Notes under the pieces: model-generated | What the model saw: the letters and a program-made list of their open reading frames with translations, nothing else | The model's database searches: none | What the model was told of the DNA's origin: nothing | DNA from: a virus | DNA length: 64,000 nt | Virus record (IMG/VR): IMGVR_UViG_3300042569_001787 | Location: 28,751-92,750 of that record | Direction: 5' to 3' (one strand) | Shown here: positions 37,798 to 49,335 of the stretch, one piece after another | Layout of the letters: every line of letters begins with the position of its first letter | Position numbering within the stretch: the stretch's first letter is position 1 | Made by a program: the position numbers and the translations under genes

Positions 37798-39282
37798 TTA
37801 ATCCAAATATTTCATATTAACGACTTGGAATTTAACTTGTCGTTTGTATGTATTTATCTCTCCGCTACTATCCACCTTAATATCTATGTAATACTCGTTA
37901 GGTATTTTATCTCTAGTATCAAATATAAAATAGTATTCGTTTGGTGTTCTGTTAATTTTAGTCCAATCTTGAACCTCAACTTCTGTCTGACCTTCTCTAA
38001 CATAGACTCTATAATAAGCACTAACATTTTGTAAAAGTTTTTGAGTTGTGTAAGCTTGTTTTATGATAACACCAACTTTTCTAATGTCGGTATTATATAT
38101 TTTTTCATCTTGTTTGATACCATAAAAATCAAATCCATATAATTTTGGGTCGACAGAATTAGTACCAATTTGAATTGAATTTTTTAATGGTTGTATTGTG
38201 AATTCATTAAATGATTGAGGTAATGGGAAACCATTGTAATTTAAGTTATACCATTTATCGGTAAACATACATGGTGTTTGATACCCAATAAGTGGTGGTA
38301 TAATAACTTCATAAACACCTTTAGTTCTTTGGCAGGTAGTTAATCCTGTTAATCCGGCAATTTCAGTCCCCGAAGAATCCATAATAGTAACATTTGGATT
38401 GTTGTCTAAATTGATTGGGTTACCATTATCAAACAAGTACAAATAAAGTTTATTTGTCTTACCTAAAGAGAATAAATTTCTATCGTCTTCAATAAGGTCG
38501 TTATAGTTTGTTTCTAAAAACGGTTCGTAAAATGTTTGAGTATGTCTTGTAAAAAATTGAGTTTCATAGGTATCAGTAAGTCCCGATAAGTTTTCAACCT
38601 GAGGTTTGTAAGCAATTCCCCATCCAGTTACATTAGTTAATGAACCGTCAATAATTGAATTTATTTCGCTAGTCATATCAAAACTAACATTCTCATTACC
38701 AAACTCAAAGTGTTGTACGTCAACAATAGTTATTGCCGAATAATTGACCCCCGTACCTGTTGCGGTATTTGTGTTGTCATATATTCCTGGTTCTGTCCAA
38801 ACCCCAATGGTTGTTGTTTGAAACCAATTTGATGGTCTATCAGAGAAGTTCTTATCAAAGTCACTATAATCGTAGATTAAGTCGGCAAAATCATAACCAA
38901 CACCCTCATCCCAAATTTGTGGGGTTAGTGGGTCATTATTGATATAAGGAATTCTAAATAATATTAAATCAAATGATGTTGCTCTTTTTCTACCTTGAGA
39001 TGTTGAGGTATTTAATAACTCAATATCAAAGGTTGAGGTATTCACCATTCTTAAAGTGTGGACAATTGTGTCGGTACAAGTTGTTGAAATTGTGCCGTCA
39101 GTTATTTTCTGAAATAGTAGTGAAAGGTCTAAATCGAATATGAATCTACTATACCCACTAGGGTATTGAGACACTGCGGTAGAACCATAAAATAATTCCG
39201 TAACTGGATTTCTACCAGTATTGGTGAAACTGTTGGATATGATAGTATTGTTCTTGCTAAAGTAGGAGTTGTTAATTGACAT
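37798..39282 (-). CDS. Putative tail/baseplate structural protein
   Basis: Beta-rich composition, WDEGVGYD, late motif upstream. Confidence 0.55.
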   Translation of the reverse strand: MSINNSYFSKNNTIISNSFTNTGRNPVTELFYGSTAVSQYPSGYSRFIFDLDLSLLFQKITDGTISTTCTDTIVHTLRMVNTSTFDIELLNTSTSQGRKRATSFDLILFRIPYINNDPLTPQIWDEGVGYDFADLIYDYSDFDKNFSDRPSNWFQTTTIGVWTEPGIYDNTNTATGTGVNYSAITIVDVQHFEFGNENVSFDMTSEINSIIDGSLTNVTGWGIAYKPQVENLSGLTDTYETQFFTRHTQTFYEPFLETNYNDLIEDDRNLFSLGKTNKLYLYLFDNGNPINLDNNPNVTIMDSSGTEIAGLTGLTTCQRTKGVYEVIIPPLIGYQTPCMFTDKWYNLNYNGFPLPQSFNEFTIQPLKNSIQIGTNSVDPKLYGFDFYGIKQDEKIYNTDIRKVGVIIKQAYTTQKLLQNVSAYYRVYVREGQTEVEVQDWTKINRTPNEYYFIFDTRDKIPNEYYIDIKVDSSGEINTYKRQVKFQVVNMKYLD

Positions 39283-39304
39283 TTAAGTGTTTTACTTATA
39301 AATA

Positions 39305-40885
39305 TCAATTAATTCGGATATTTTGATTTAAGATGGTATTTTCTGCGTCAGCAAGAATTGCATTAATTTCTGCGGCGGTTTGTCCATTACCTGCAGCAAC
39401 CGGAATAGGTGGTGCCGTGGCAACAGGATGTACGTGTCCAGTAACAAATGAAAATATTTTTCTAAGTAGTGACATTAACTCATCACCCCTTGTTGTTGGA
39501 TATGTTTTACTATAAATACTACTTTCGTCACCAACAAATTTATCTTGTGGTATACCATATAAAGTTTGACTTAAACTAATTTTACCTTTAGGTCCTGTAG
39601 AGTCTTGTGATAGTAAATAAATTTTTTGGGACCCTAAAATACCATAGGATACATCTGAAGGAACAAACTCGGATGGTGTAACTTTTTCAATCTTAATATC
39701 CCCTTGAGGGCCAATAACAGCAGTACCATTTTTGTTTTCCCAAACTAAAAACCACCCACTATTAATTAATCCCATATTTAATTTAATTTTACTATAAAAC
39801 TTAACATAATTAGTTAATTCCGCAACATCATTTACAACTTGTGATGGCGAGAATTTAGTACCTTTTTGATATGTTAATTTTGATGGTGTAACTACAAAAG
39901 GGAATATTTGGTCTTGGGGTATATTACGTAATTGATTATTAACAATATAATTAGGTAAGTCAATAAAATTTTTAAAAACTCCATCACAGAATTTATTAAT
40001 TAAACTTAATGAATCGTTAAAATTTGTGGCGGTAAATTTAACCTCTTCAATAGGACCACTATAATCAGTACCAACGCTTAAATTAACAATAGTATCGGAT
40101 TTAAAATTTTTACTATTAACTCGTTGACTAGGAATTACATTATATAAACCAACAGACCCATTAAAGACATTCTGAGTATTTTCTAAATTTTCAATATCCC
40201 AAATTATTATTTTTTTAACCACCTTAACATTTTCAATTAATCTAGTTTGGGTTTCTTGAGGTAATAAAAGTTTTTGTTGAGTAAAATTTGAAAGTTGTAA
40301 GAATGACCTCAAGGTATTACCAACAGGTATTTGGGTTGTACTTAATACTTTTGTTTTACCCGCTCTAATTAAAACCTCATTTTCTTTAACAACAACATCG
40401 GCAGAACCACGGCCTAATAATGCGTTATCGCCTGGTTCAGGAAATACGCCATAACTATCTTTGTTACGATATTGTCCTTCACTATTTTTAATTGAGATAC
40501 CTTGTTTAATTCTATCACCAGACGCTAAAAATTTCTTAGAACCTTGGTAATATTCAAAAGGTGTTGTCATTGGTGATGAAAACGGACCTTGAATATAGAA
40601 TTGGTTTTGAAAGTTAAATTTTTTATTTTGGTATATAATGTGTACGTACTCATTTTTTTTTGGTACTTGGCTAAAATAAAAAGGTAATAATGGTAAGAAG
40701 ATTAATGGGTCTTTTGATGTCCATTTATCAATCTTCTCATTCCAATTGGGAACTGATGCTATAATATCGGTATATGTTTGAGTTTCAGGTATGACTCTAA
40801 GTCTACCTAACATCATCGGGTCTTCGTTATCATAAACAATTCCCGGAAATATAATTTGATGTATGTTAGATTCGTCTATTTTCAT
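39305..40885 (-). CDS. Baseplate hub/spike protein (gp5/VgrG OB-fold-like)
   Basis: [18 protein letters not shown]-terminus; HVH near the C-terminus. Confidence 0.65.
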   Translation of the reverse strand: MKIDESNIHQIIFPGIVYDNEDPMMLGRLRVIPETQTYTDIIASVPNWNEKIDKWTSKDPLIFLPLLPFYFSQVPKKNEYVHIIYQNKKFNFQNQFYIQGPFSSPMTTPFEYYQGSKKFLASGDRIKQGISIKNSEGQYRNKDSYGVFPEPGDNALLGRGSADVVVKENEVLIRAGKTKVLSTTQIPVGNTLRSFLQLSNFTQQKLLLPQETQTRLIENVKVVKKIIIWDIENLENTQNVFNGSVGLYNVIPSQRVNSKNFKSDTIVNLSVGTDYSGPIEEVKFTATNFNDSLSLINKFCDGVFKNFIDLPNYIVNNQLRNIPQDQIFPFVVTPSKLTYQKGTKFSPSQVVNDVAELTNYVKFYSKIKLNMGLINSGWFLVWENKNGTAVIGPQGDIKIEKVTPSEFVPSDVSYGILGSQKIYLLSQDSTGPKGKISLSQTLYGIPQDKFVGDESSIYSKTYPTTRGDELMSLLRKIFSFVTGHVHPVATAPPIPVAAGNGQTAAEINAILADAENTILNQNIRIN

Positions 40886-41097
40886 TATTTACTAGTTCTG
40901 TTTTGATATTCTTTAAGAATAGTATTGTAAGTTAATTCTAATTTATCTAAATGTTCGGTCATTTTAATAACGGCGTCTTTGGTAAATTTAAAATCTTCTT
41001 GAATAAAATCCATAACAAAAGTCAAATCTTTATTTGAGTGTGATTTGTAATCTTTTATTATTTTTATGGCTTTTTCTGATTGTTCTTTTTTCGTCAT
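40885..41097 (-). CDS. Hypothetical protein
   Basis: 70-aa ORF coupled to neighbours. Confidence 0.55.
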   Translation of the reverse strand: MTKKEQSEKAIKIIKDYKSHSNKDLTFVMDFIQEDFKFTKDAVIKMTEHLDKLELTYNTILKEYQNRTSK

Positions 41098-41099
41098 AA

Positions 41100-43007
41100 T
41101 TACATTTTTTTACCAAAAGAACTCGCAGGAACTGTCAGACCTGCTGGGGTCATTGTTAATGCCCCTACCGCAATTTGTACCTTACCATTTTCCGCCTCTT
41201 CCGAAGCCATAGCTTTCATCTGTCCTAACATTTTTAAAACATCTAAATTAGGACTTCCGTCAGGCATTGGTCCTGTTGGAATACCAAGTTTTTGCATTTC
41301 CTCAATAGCCCCAATAAATGCTCGAGTTTCAGAATACCCTCCCGCAAATTGAGAAGCAAATAATAGAGGTAATGGTATATCACCACCCCAACCTGTTCCC
41401 GCAATTTTTAACAACCACAGAATTTCATCAATAACACTTTTACATTTACGCCAATCTGAAATAAACTGAGCGACAATAATGATAAGTTGGATTAATTTTA
41501 AAATTATAATAATTCGTTTATCCAATTTTTCTCTGGCAACGTCTTGGATTACCGATTGTATTAAATTCAAAATATCTTTTTTAATTAGATAAAAAAGTTC
41601 TTTAACAAATAACGCTCCAATTTTTGATATTAAATTTATAAAAAACTTTTTAAAGGTTTTCATAAAATCAACAAATGAATTAACACCATCAACAAATGTT
41701 TGACCTATTGACTTTAACATTACAAATATTGGTAATAATATTTTTGGAGATAGTAGAGCGGCGGCAATTCCTTGAACAATTAATTTAAGGAAGTTTAAAT
41801 CTACCGCGGCTTTAATATTACCCTGAATAGCAAATCCTTGCCATTCGGGATTATTAATTAACGTTTGAGTTAACGCATCCGCAGCATCAACTAAGTCCTT
41901 ATCCTCAATAAAATTTAATGTACCTAAATCATTTAGAATATCATCATAATTAACCGGTAATTTAACATTACCACAATCTTCAAATTCAACCACACCATTT
42001 TTAATGTTAGTAACTCTTTGGTCTATATTACGTAAATCAATATCTGTGAATTCAAAAAATGACTCATCAATATCGTCTAATTCCGCCAATTTTGCAATAC
42101 CACTAACATCAATTTCTTTTTTATTGTCAAAACATAAACCTAAAACCCTTTGGATTATCATCATAAATTTACTAGTATCTTCGGCTTGAGCAACACCAAC
42201 ATTAGCACTAATAGATATCGCCCCGCTTAATGACTCCATAATATTTGCCATAATATTTGTAAACTCAACAACCTTAATTGTTCTATAATAATCCGCTAAA
42301 AAAGTACCAACCTTATTAATACTACCTATTCTATTTGCAAGAGTTACCTTAAACCAATGTCCTGTCTCACCTAAAGCGTTTATAGTAACGTATTGAATAT
42401 CAAATAATGCTTGTCCTGATTGACCAATATATTGTGCTCCATTATCGGTTGAATAAGGGTTACCACTTTGTATTCTTTCATATAATTCTTTATTCATTGA
42501 GAATGGATAAAGTTGTATTGCAATTGGGTTTTTTTCGTATAAGACTTTTCCATCTTTACTTGCAGGTACTTTCTTTAATAGATTGATTAAATCTATTGAA
42601 CTTACTTTGACATAGATTACCTGTGCGGCATATGTTTGTTGTTGGTCACAGCCAACAGCGTTTATTGCTTCTTCCTGAAGAATTTCGATGATTTGAGGTT
42701 CAATATTCTTAATAGTTCTAATTAATGTTTTTTTAACGTAACTAATTGTACTAGCACCTTTACCGCCAGTAAGGTTATTAATGTCTAATAATTGTTCAAA
42801 TTGATTTTTGATTTCTTTTTGAAATCTTTTAGTTTGTTCTTTAACTTTATCTAAAGATTCTGTAACGTTTTCTTTTGCAGTATCAAAAGACTCTCCGGCA
42901 GTTTTAGAGGTGGTGTCATATTGAGATTTTAAATCTTTGTATGAGGTTGTTGCCGAAATCTTTTTTTGAGCGGATTTATAATCAACCCCTAAATCTAATG
43001 AGCCCAT
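41100..43007 (-). CDS. Hypothetical structural protein
   Basis: 635-aa ORF with hydrophobic helices. Confidence 0.65.
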   Translation of the reverse strand: MGSLDLGVDYKSAQKKISATTSYKDLKSQYDTTSKTAGESFDTAKENVTESLDKVKEQTKRFQKEIKNQFEQLLDINNLTGGKGASTISYVKKTLIRTIKNIEPQIIEILQEEAINAVGCDQQQTYAAQVIYVKVSSIDLINLLKKVPASKDGKVLYEKNPIAIQLYPFSMNKELYERIQSGNPYSTDNGAQYIGQSGQALFDIQYVTINALGETGHWFKVTLANRIGSINKVGTFLADYYRTIKVVEFTNIMANIMESLSGAISISANVGVAQAEDTSKFMMIIQRVLGLCFDNKKEIDVSGIAKLAELDDIDESFFEFTDIDLRNIDQRVTNIKNGVVEFEDCGNVKLPVNYDDILNDLGTLNFIEDKDLVDAADALTQTLINNPEWQGFAIQGNIKAAVDLNFLKLIVQGIAAALLSPKILLPIFVMLKSIGQTFVDGVNSFVDFMKTFKKFFINLISKIGALFVKELFYLIKKDILNLIQSVIQDVAREKLDKRIIIILKLIQLIIIVAQFISDWRKCKSVIDEILWLLKIAGTGWGGDIPLPLLFASQFAGGYSETRAFIGAIEEMQKLGIPTGPMPDGSPNLDVLKMLGQMKAMASEEAENGKVQIAVGALTMTPAGLTVPASSFGKKM

Positions 43008-43012
43008 TTTAG

Positions 43013-43390
43013 TTAGTTTTTCATTTTGTAAGACCCATCAGGTTTAGATGCGTCTTTTTGTATTAAATTTTCTAATAAATCATCATCCACACCTAAATCA
43101 GTAATTGAGAAACCACCACTTCCTGCGGAGTTAGACTTTTCCCACATAGTAGATTGTAGTTTAGATAATGTTAATTTTTTTTCAACACAGTCGTTAATAA
43201 TTTTTTGTTGTTTTTCAATAACAGGGCCTATTAGAGTCATATCCTCAGGTTCTTTCATCATTGTCAACATTTTATTTTGTATTCTAATAGCCGTGTTTCT
43301 TTGTTCAACAAGTTCATTATAAATTTCTTGCATCAAAGATAACATTGACTCCTTAGTTAAATTAATTTCTTTTTTTTGCGGTCTTCCCAT
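43013..43390 (-). CDS. Coiled-coil hypothetical protein
   Basis: ATG 4 nt after TATTTAT. Confidence 0.6.
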   Translation of the reverse strand: MGRPQKKEINLTKESMLSLMQEIYNELVEQRNTAIRIQNKMLTMMKEPEDMTLIGPVIEKQQKIINDCVEKKLTLSKLQSTMWEKSNSAGSGGFSITDLGVDDDLLENLIQKDASKPDGSYKMKN

Positions 43391-43415
43391 TACAATAAAT
43401 ATTAACTATAAAATT

Positions 43416-44165
43416 TTATTTAACCATATTTTGTACTAAAGTATAATACATCGATTTGTATTTCTTCATTGACCCCCTAATTTCTTTGGTTGACAAATTT
43501 GTCATTTCCCTTAATGAAAGTAGTATTATATTTTTATTAAATTTATTATTATCATTACCAATAAAAATAGATTCATAGTTCTCAAAAAGGTCATGTAATG
43601 CATACCCTAATTTGACTTCATTATCCGATAAATTTTCATTTTTTAAAAAATTGTCTAACTCAAGTAAAAAGTTTTTGATTACTTTTTCTGAGTCAATACC
43701 TTCTTTTTCAATACTGTACGAAAAGTTGGGGTTATTTTCCAAACTTGTGGAAATATCCTCATATGATATTTTTCGGTTAGTTTCTTTTTGGTCCTTAATG
43801 ATTTGCCCCATAAGATAGTTCTTACAGATTGTACCAAAATATGAATAAGCTTTTTTCTCCCTAGAGGGTTTAAACTTTTCAATTTTTGTCATTAAGAATG
43901 AGTGAGTGTCTACATGTATATCCGTAAAGTCCATGTCTTTTCTATATAATTTGTATCTTCGTATTATTGAAGATATCATCTTATCTAAAGGTTTTTTTAA
44001 AAAATCGTTATAAATTTTATTTCTTTCTTCGTAAGTTGTTGCTTCTAAAAATCTAACAACGGCCAACTCTTCTGGAACATCAAAATAATTTAATTGTTTA
44101 GGTTTTCTACCTTTCTTCTTTAACTCAACATTTGTATCTCCTGTTAAATTAATAATTTCTGTCAT
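43416..44165 (-). CDS. Late-transcription sigma factor (T4 gp55-like)
   Basis: Region-2-like KIEKFKPSREKKAYSYFGTICKNYL. Confidence 0.7.
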   Translation of the reverse strand: MTEIINLTGDTNVELKKKGRKPKQLNYFDVPEELAVVRFLEATTYEERNKIYNDFLKKPLDKMISSIIRRYKLYRKDMDFTDIHVDTHSFLMTKIEKFKPSREKKAYSYFGTICKNYLMGQIIKDQKETNRKISYEDISTSLENNPNFSYSIEKEGIDSEKVIKNFLLELDNFLKNENLSDNEVKLGYALHDLFENYESIFIGNDNNKFNKNIILLSLREMTNLSTKEIRGSMKKYKSMYYTLVQNMVK

Positions 44166-44989
44166 TAAACTGTTTGTGGTTCATACTTTATGGCTCTGTC
44201 ATTAATAAAAAAGTATTCTTTTTTGGCAGAGTCAATCCAAAATCTTACTTCGTCTTCTGTTAATCTATCGTCGCCATTTTTATAATTCCAAAAAATAGAA
44301 CCATCTCTCAGGTTAGTGTGTTTATAACCAATCTTAGGTATTGACATAAATTTAACTGAATTATGTGTCATTCTTAAGAAGAATTCGTAACCAAATGTTA
44401 ATTTGAATGAGGATTTAATTAAACCAAAATCAATAAACGATGATGTTTTAATTACCATACCAGAAATTTGAAAATTTTGATATTCTAATAAAGTTTCATT
44501 AGTTAAAATACCCATTTCAGGTGTGAAGTTTGCCGCAAATGTCGCTTCATTAGTAAATCCAGCAAATTTACCTGTTTGGTCTGTATCAACAACAATAGGT
44601 AAGAACGCGTCAACATCTGAATACGCATTAGAGTAAACCTCAACGTTTTTGAACCAAATGCTCGAATACTCATCATCAAACTCAAATAGAGAAACCCATT
44701 TAGATTTTGCGGACCTTACACCGTAATTTATTTGTGATGCGTAGTTTGCATCTTTTGTCCACTCAACTTTAATAACGTTTAAAGTTCCAAAATCAAATTG
44801 ATTGATATAATCAACAATATACGTTTCGTTAGTGTGAACGATAATTAATTCATTGATACCAACTTTTTGATTTTTTAATGACTCAATACATTTTTCAAAG
44901 TATTCAGTAAATCCGTTTGCTTTTCCTGACTTAATTGGTAAAATAACCGATACGTCAAATTTTTGTGTGTTTTCCATATTATTCTTCAA
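44165..44989 (-). CDS. GT2 glycosyltransferase
   Basis: VSVILPI, INYGV, FEFDDE. Confidence 0.75.
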   Translation of the reverse strand: MKNNMENTQKFDVSVILPIKSGKANGFTEYFEKCIESLKNQKVGINELIIVHTNETYIVDYINQFDFGTLNVIKVEWTKDANYASQINYGVRSAKSKWVSLFEFDDEYSSIWFKNVEVYSNAYSDVDAFLPIVVDTDQTGKFAGFTNEATFAANFTPEMGILTNETLLEYQNFQISGMVIKTSSFIDFGLIKSSFKLTFGYEFFLRMTHNSVKFMSIPKIGYKHTNLRDGSIFWNYKNGDDRLTEDEVRFWIDSAKKEYFFINDRAIKYEPQTV

Positions 44990-46043
44990 TAATTTCTAGT
45001 TTAGTTAATTGTTCTTCAAATGAAGTAAGTCTTGTGTTAACGTAATTGTTAAATAACTTTACAGAAACCTCATCGAATTCTTTTTTTGTTGATAAATTCT
45101 CAACAGTTTTAATCATTTCCTCATATAAATTAGGGTTAACATTGTCCTCTAACCAATTTTGTAGGAAGTCCGCAACGAAATCTACCATTTGATTCTTATT
45201 GTTAATCCAAATACCATTATTCTCTGACATCCAAGGGGGTAGTAAGTTTGGTGTTAAACCTAAGACAGGAACTCCACAAGTCATTGACTCTAATGGGAAT
45301 GTACCATAAGCACTTTTGTCATCAATCCATACAGATAAGAAACTTTCTTTTAATGCTTTAGCAAATTCTTCTTCAGATAAACCTCTCATATCTCTAAAAG
45401 TGACCCATCTATATTGTGGGAATTTTATATAGAAAGATTTAATTAAATTAACGGAATCTCTTTGTTCTCTTGAATGAACCGCAATGATTGGTTTTGGGGG
45501 TAATGTTTGTTTGGTGAATGATTCTGAAATAAACGGTCTTAAAATATCATAAGAAATACCTTTCATTAAATTTTCTAAAAACTCCATTTGAGATTCTGAT
45601 GTGGTAATACATTTGTAAAACCCTAATTGTGACCAAGATTGTCCTGGTTGCAAGGTTTCCAATACGTGGTCATAAGCTTGACATAGTACAATTTTACCAC
45701 AAGGCAATTTAGAAATTTGACTCATCACAAATCCGTATAATTCAGGAATAACAATAAAGTCTTCAGGTGAAACTTCTAAGTTTTCGCCTTCGATTGATTT
45801 ATGGGGTAATGATGTCATGTATGATTCCCCTAACCATCCTGATACGCCAGTGTAGTCAGGTTTCTCATGTAAAATGATTGGGTTATACCCTTCATTTAAT
45901 AATGACATCCCTAAATTATAGATGTAAGCAATTGATGATTTGGCGTTACCCTTAGTATCCTGAACTAAAAGATAGATTCTTGATTTCTTATCTTTCATGT
46001 TTTGGATTGACTGTTCTAATTTTGAAATTTGTTCTTTATTCAT
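44979..46043 (-). CDS. GT-B (GT4-like) glycosyltransferase
   Basis: YGTFPLESMTCGVPV motif. Confidence 0.7.
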   Translation of the reverse strand: MNKEQISKLEQSIQNMKDKKSRIYLLVQDTKGNAKSSIAYIYNLGMSLLNEGYNPIILHEKPDYTGVSGWLGESYMTSLPHKSIEGENLEVSPEDFIVIPELYGFVMSQISKLPCGKIVLCQAYDHVLETLQPGQSWSQLGFYKCITTSESQMEFLENLMKGISYDILRPFISESFTKQTLPPKPIIAVHSREQRDSVNLIKSFYIKFPQYRWVTFRDMRGLSEEEFAKALKESFLSVWIDDKSAYGTFPLESMTCGVPVLGLTPNLLPPWMSENNGIWINNKNQMVDFVADFLQNWLEDNVNPNLYEEMIKTVENLSTKKEFDEVSVKLFNNYVNTRLTSFEEQLTKLEIIEE

Positions 46044-46047
46044 GGTA

Positions 46048-46323
46048 TTAGTATTTGTTTAGTAATTTTTTATTTAAAAGTGTGTTAAACGCTAATTTAA
46101 ATGGTATTGATATTTCTGAACCTTTACCTGCTAAGGTTTCATCAATTTCATCTGTGACATCCATAATCACTTCTAACATTAGTTTAATTGTTTCGTATTT
46201 TACTATATTAATTTGTGTACTCTCAGTTTCGCCAGAAGACGATAATGAATCTTGATTTATTTGAATGTATTCGTCAATCTTGTCTAAATCCAAATAGTAA
46301 TGTTCTCCTAATATTTTTAACAT
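46048..46323 (-). CDS. Hypothetical protein
   Basis: 91-aa ORF. Confidence 0.55.
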   Translation of the reverse strand: MLKILGEHYYLDLDKIDEYIQINQDSLSSSGETESTQINIVKYETIKLMLEVIMDVTDEIDETLAGKGSEISIPFKLAFNTLLNKKLLNKY

Positions 46324-46925
46324 TATAAAATAGTTTTTAATTTATCTTTTAATTCTTTGATTGTGTTTATTGTGTGTTCCGACTTAACATTATTATTATA
46401 AATTGTTTCATATTTAATTAATATCTTATCTGATGGATGGTCTAATAATAATGCAGGATTTGCGGTAAGTAAAACATCAATTTCATTCCACATGGAGTTA
46501 ATTGTTGAATTACTATAAAATTTTACTTTTTCCACTAAACAACCAAATTTTGATAGGAAGAATAATGAGGCTGGTTTTGATTTACCTATCTCATCGGAAA
46601 CAATTAATAAATCGTGATTGTCCCTTAAGTTAACATATATTTCATTTAAATCGTTAAATGTTGAATACTCTGATGACTGTGAATGACCAAACACTTCCAT
46701 TGGGAATTCTTCATACAGAAATGTGAATAATTCATCATCAGATTGAAAGGTGAAATGACTTCTAAGGTCCAAACTTGTTACGGGAAGATTTATCTCATAT
46801 TTAAAGGAATCCTCATCTTCAAGACCGTCCGTTTTATCTATCATATATTTTTGATAGGTTTGTTCTATTTTATCCAATGTGTTTCGTAGAACTCCATTAA
46901 TTTCTATACCTATTCTCATATACAT
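46323..46925 (-). CDS. HAD-fold 5'(3')-deoxynucleotidase-like protein with degenerate motif I
   Basis: IGIEINGVL in place of IxxDxDGVL. Confidence 0.5.
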   Translation of the reverse strand: MYMRIGIEINGVLRNTLDKIEQTYQKYMIDKTDGLEDEDSFKYEINLPVTSLDLRSHFTFQSDDELFTFLYEEFPMEVFGHSQSSEYSTFNDLNEIYVNLRDNHDLLIVSDEIGKSKPASLFFLSKFGCLVEKVKFYSNSTINSMWNEIDVLLTANPALLLDHPSDKILIKYETIYNNNVKSEHTINTIKELKDKLKTIL

Positions 46926-46993
46926 AAAAAAATATGTAAAAAACCCAATAAGTAAATTAAATTAAATTTATACTTATTGGGTTAATAATAATT

Positions 46994-47731
46994 TTAGTTT
47001 TCGTATCTTTTTAAGATTTTACTTATTAAAGGATTTCTAACAACATCTTCGTGGTTGAATTCAAATGTTCCGATGTCATCTAAATTTTGAAACTTTTGTA
47101 GTGCGTCCCATAAACCTGTTTGAGTTTTGTCTTTATGTCGGTCAAATTGTTCTAAGTCACCTGAAAGGAAGAACTTAGAATTAAACCCAATTCTTGTCAA
47201 TAGTAATTTCATTTGACTTGGAGTTGAGTTCTGAGCCTCCTCAAACAATAGAATTGAATTGTCAATATTCATACCTCTCATGTACGCTAACGCAAAAACT
47301 TCAATTGCCTCAATTTCTTTTAATTTTTCTCTAGCTTCTTTACCAATAATTTTATTTAATAAATAATACGATGGGAAAATATAAGGGTCTAATTTTTCTT
47401 CAACATTGCCAGGAAGTGACCCTAATTTTTCTTCTGCTTCAACCGCAGGTCTTACGATAATAATTTTTTCATAAGGTGTTGTTGGGTCTGACAATAAGTC
47501 CACCGCAGCTTTCATGGCAATATAACTTTTACCAACACCAGCAGGTCCTGAACAAATAGTAATTTGACTATTAGTTAAAATGTCATAATACTTTTTTTGA
47601 TTTACGCTTAAAAACTTTTCTTTAGTTTTTCTTTTAATAATCTGACTAATTAAGTCTTTTTTACTCACCGGTTTATTGGTGGTCTCCGGAGTGGGGGTTA
47701 TTGTTGGTTTTCTTTTTCGTTGTTCAGCCAT
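46994..47731 (-). CDS. phoH: PhoH-family ATPase
   Basis: GPAGVGKS, RPAVEAEEKLGSLPG, AYMRG, EEAQN, GDLEQ. Confidence 0.93.
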   Translation of the reverse strand: MAEQRKRKPTITPTPETTNKPVSKKDLISQIIKRKTKEKFLSVNQKKYYDILTNSQITICSGPAGVGKSYIAMKAAVDLLSDPTTPYEKIIIVRPAVEAEEKLGSLPGNVEEKLDPYIFPSYYLLNKIIGKEAREKLKEIEAIEVFALAYMRGMNIDNSILLFEEAQNSTPSQMKLLLTRIGFNSKFFLSGDLEQFDRHKDKTQTGLWDALQKFQNLDDIGTFEFNHEDVVRNPLISKILKRYEN

Positions 47732-47817
47732 AGTTAAATTGTTATTGGGTATCTTAATCGGTTATATATTGATAAATTCATTATACCATTACTTTAATTA
47801 TTAATCATTTGTGTAAA

Positions 47818-49329
47818 TTACTGTAGTACTGGTATGTATTTTTTTAATTTATCATAATTTTTATTAACAAACGGCACTAATCCATTTTGATAGTCGTTCT
47901 TTAATTCTATGTCATTTGATTGTTGAACCCCCCTTGTTTGGCTTTCATAATGGTAAGCAACTGAATTACCATCAATTAAATTTTCAAAACCTAAGGATAG
48001 ACATTTTAAATTTAATTCAACATCTTCAAAACAAGATTGGTAGACCTCATTAAAATAACCGCATTTTTCAAACATTGTTTTTCTAATCATTAGTAATGCC
48101 GCTGTTGAACCTACTACCTTGGATATGTTTGTATAATATCCGTAGTATGTACGTAACCCAATATGAGTTGCTTGTAGTCTTTTTAATTTGTCCACAAAAA
48201 CAGTAATCCCATTATGTTGTACTGTGTTATTTTCGTAATGTAATCGACACCCAACGGTTCCAGTTTTATTGGTGTCTTTGAATATCTTTAACATGTTATA
48301 TATTACATTATTCAGTATTTTAATATCGTTATTACAAAATAAAATAAATTCATACTCATTAGGTATATGGTTTGTAACCACATCATTATTTATTTTTGCA
48401 AAATTGTAATAATCATATTCAATTAAAGTGATGTTATTATTATTACTAATTAACTCTTTTAATTTTGTTTTACTATCATCAGAGGAGCCAGTGTCGGCGA
48501 TAAAAATATGGAAAAGAGTGGGGTTACAATGTTCGTAAAATGATTCAACGCAATTTTGGATTAATTCAAACTTATCTTTTGTTGGGATAATAATTGCAAC
48601 TTTACCAATATTTTTAATTGGTTTTTCAATTACTTTAGGAACGTAAACACTGTTAGGTTTTAAATCTAATGGTAATATAGACAAGAATTTCTCTAAAAAT
48701 TTAACCTTACTTTCAAAAAATTCGTTATTCGGTTGTCCTACAGATTCATGTGTGATGTCAAAAGAAAACGTAACACCAATCTTAACATTTTCAATATAAT
48801 TACTTAAACAAAACGGATGGTCATAAAAGTGAAATTTCCCAATCGTTTCGTCAAACGTGTTTTTAATTTTTGTTTTGTCGAATGACATAAATAACCCATC
48901 AATAGTTACAACAGGTATCAGTTGAGGTATTTTTGCAGAATATTTGTTAATCCATTTATTTTGACCTACAGGGTGGTGATAAACATGACCAACCATAGTT
49001 GTTCTCATTTCCTCCCAGTATACCCCTGATTCAGGGAAATAACATGACCCCGCCTTACCAATAATTCCATAGTCAGGATTATTTTCAAAATCACTAACTA
49101 GTTTCTTACCCCAATTTTTTTCTAATTTAATGTCGTTATGACAACAAACAACAATATCATATATAGATTGTGATATACCTTTGTTATATACCTCAGCCAA
49201 ACTATACTGATTATTGTTTTGAAATTCTAATATCTGTACATTTTTTAACCCAACAGTTTGTAACAAATGTTGTTTAAATTTGTTATTATATGTTTCGTCT
49301 TTATGGGTTGAATATATTATTGTTATCAT
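47818..49329 (-). CDS. Two-domain GT2 glycosyltransferase
   Basis: CCHNDI; IIIPTK, DTGS, CNND, FEDVE. Confidence 0.82.
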   Translation of the reverse strand: MITIIYSTHKDETYNNKFKQHLLQTVGLKNVQILEFQNNNQYSLAEVYNKGISQSIYDIVVCCHNDIKLEKNWGKKLVSDFENNPDYGIIGKAGSCYFPESGVYWEEMRTTMVGHVYHHPVGQNKWINKYSAKIPQLIPVVTIDGLFMSFDKTKIKNTFDETIGKFHFYDHPFCLSNYIENVKIGVTFSFDITHESVGQPNNEFFESKVKFLEKFLSILPLDLKPNSVYVPKVIEKPIKNIGKVAIIIPTKDKFELIQNCVESFYEHCNPTLFHIFIADTGSSDDSKTKLKELISNNNNITLIEYDYYNFAKINNDVVTNHIPNEYEFILFCNNDIKILNNVIYNMLKIFKDTNKTGTVGCRLHYENNTVQHNGITVFVDKLKRLQATHIGLRTYYGYYTNISKVVGSTAALLMIRKTMFEKCGYFNEVYQSCFEDVELNLKCLSLGFENLIDGNSVAYHYESQTRGVQQSNDIELKNDYQNGLVPFVNKNYDKLKKYIPVLQ

Positions 49330-49335
49330 ATATGG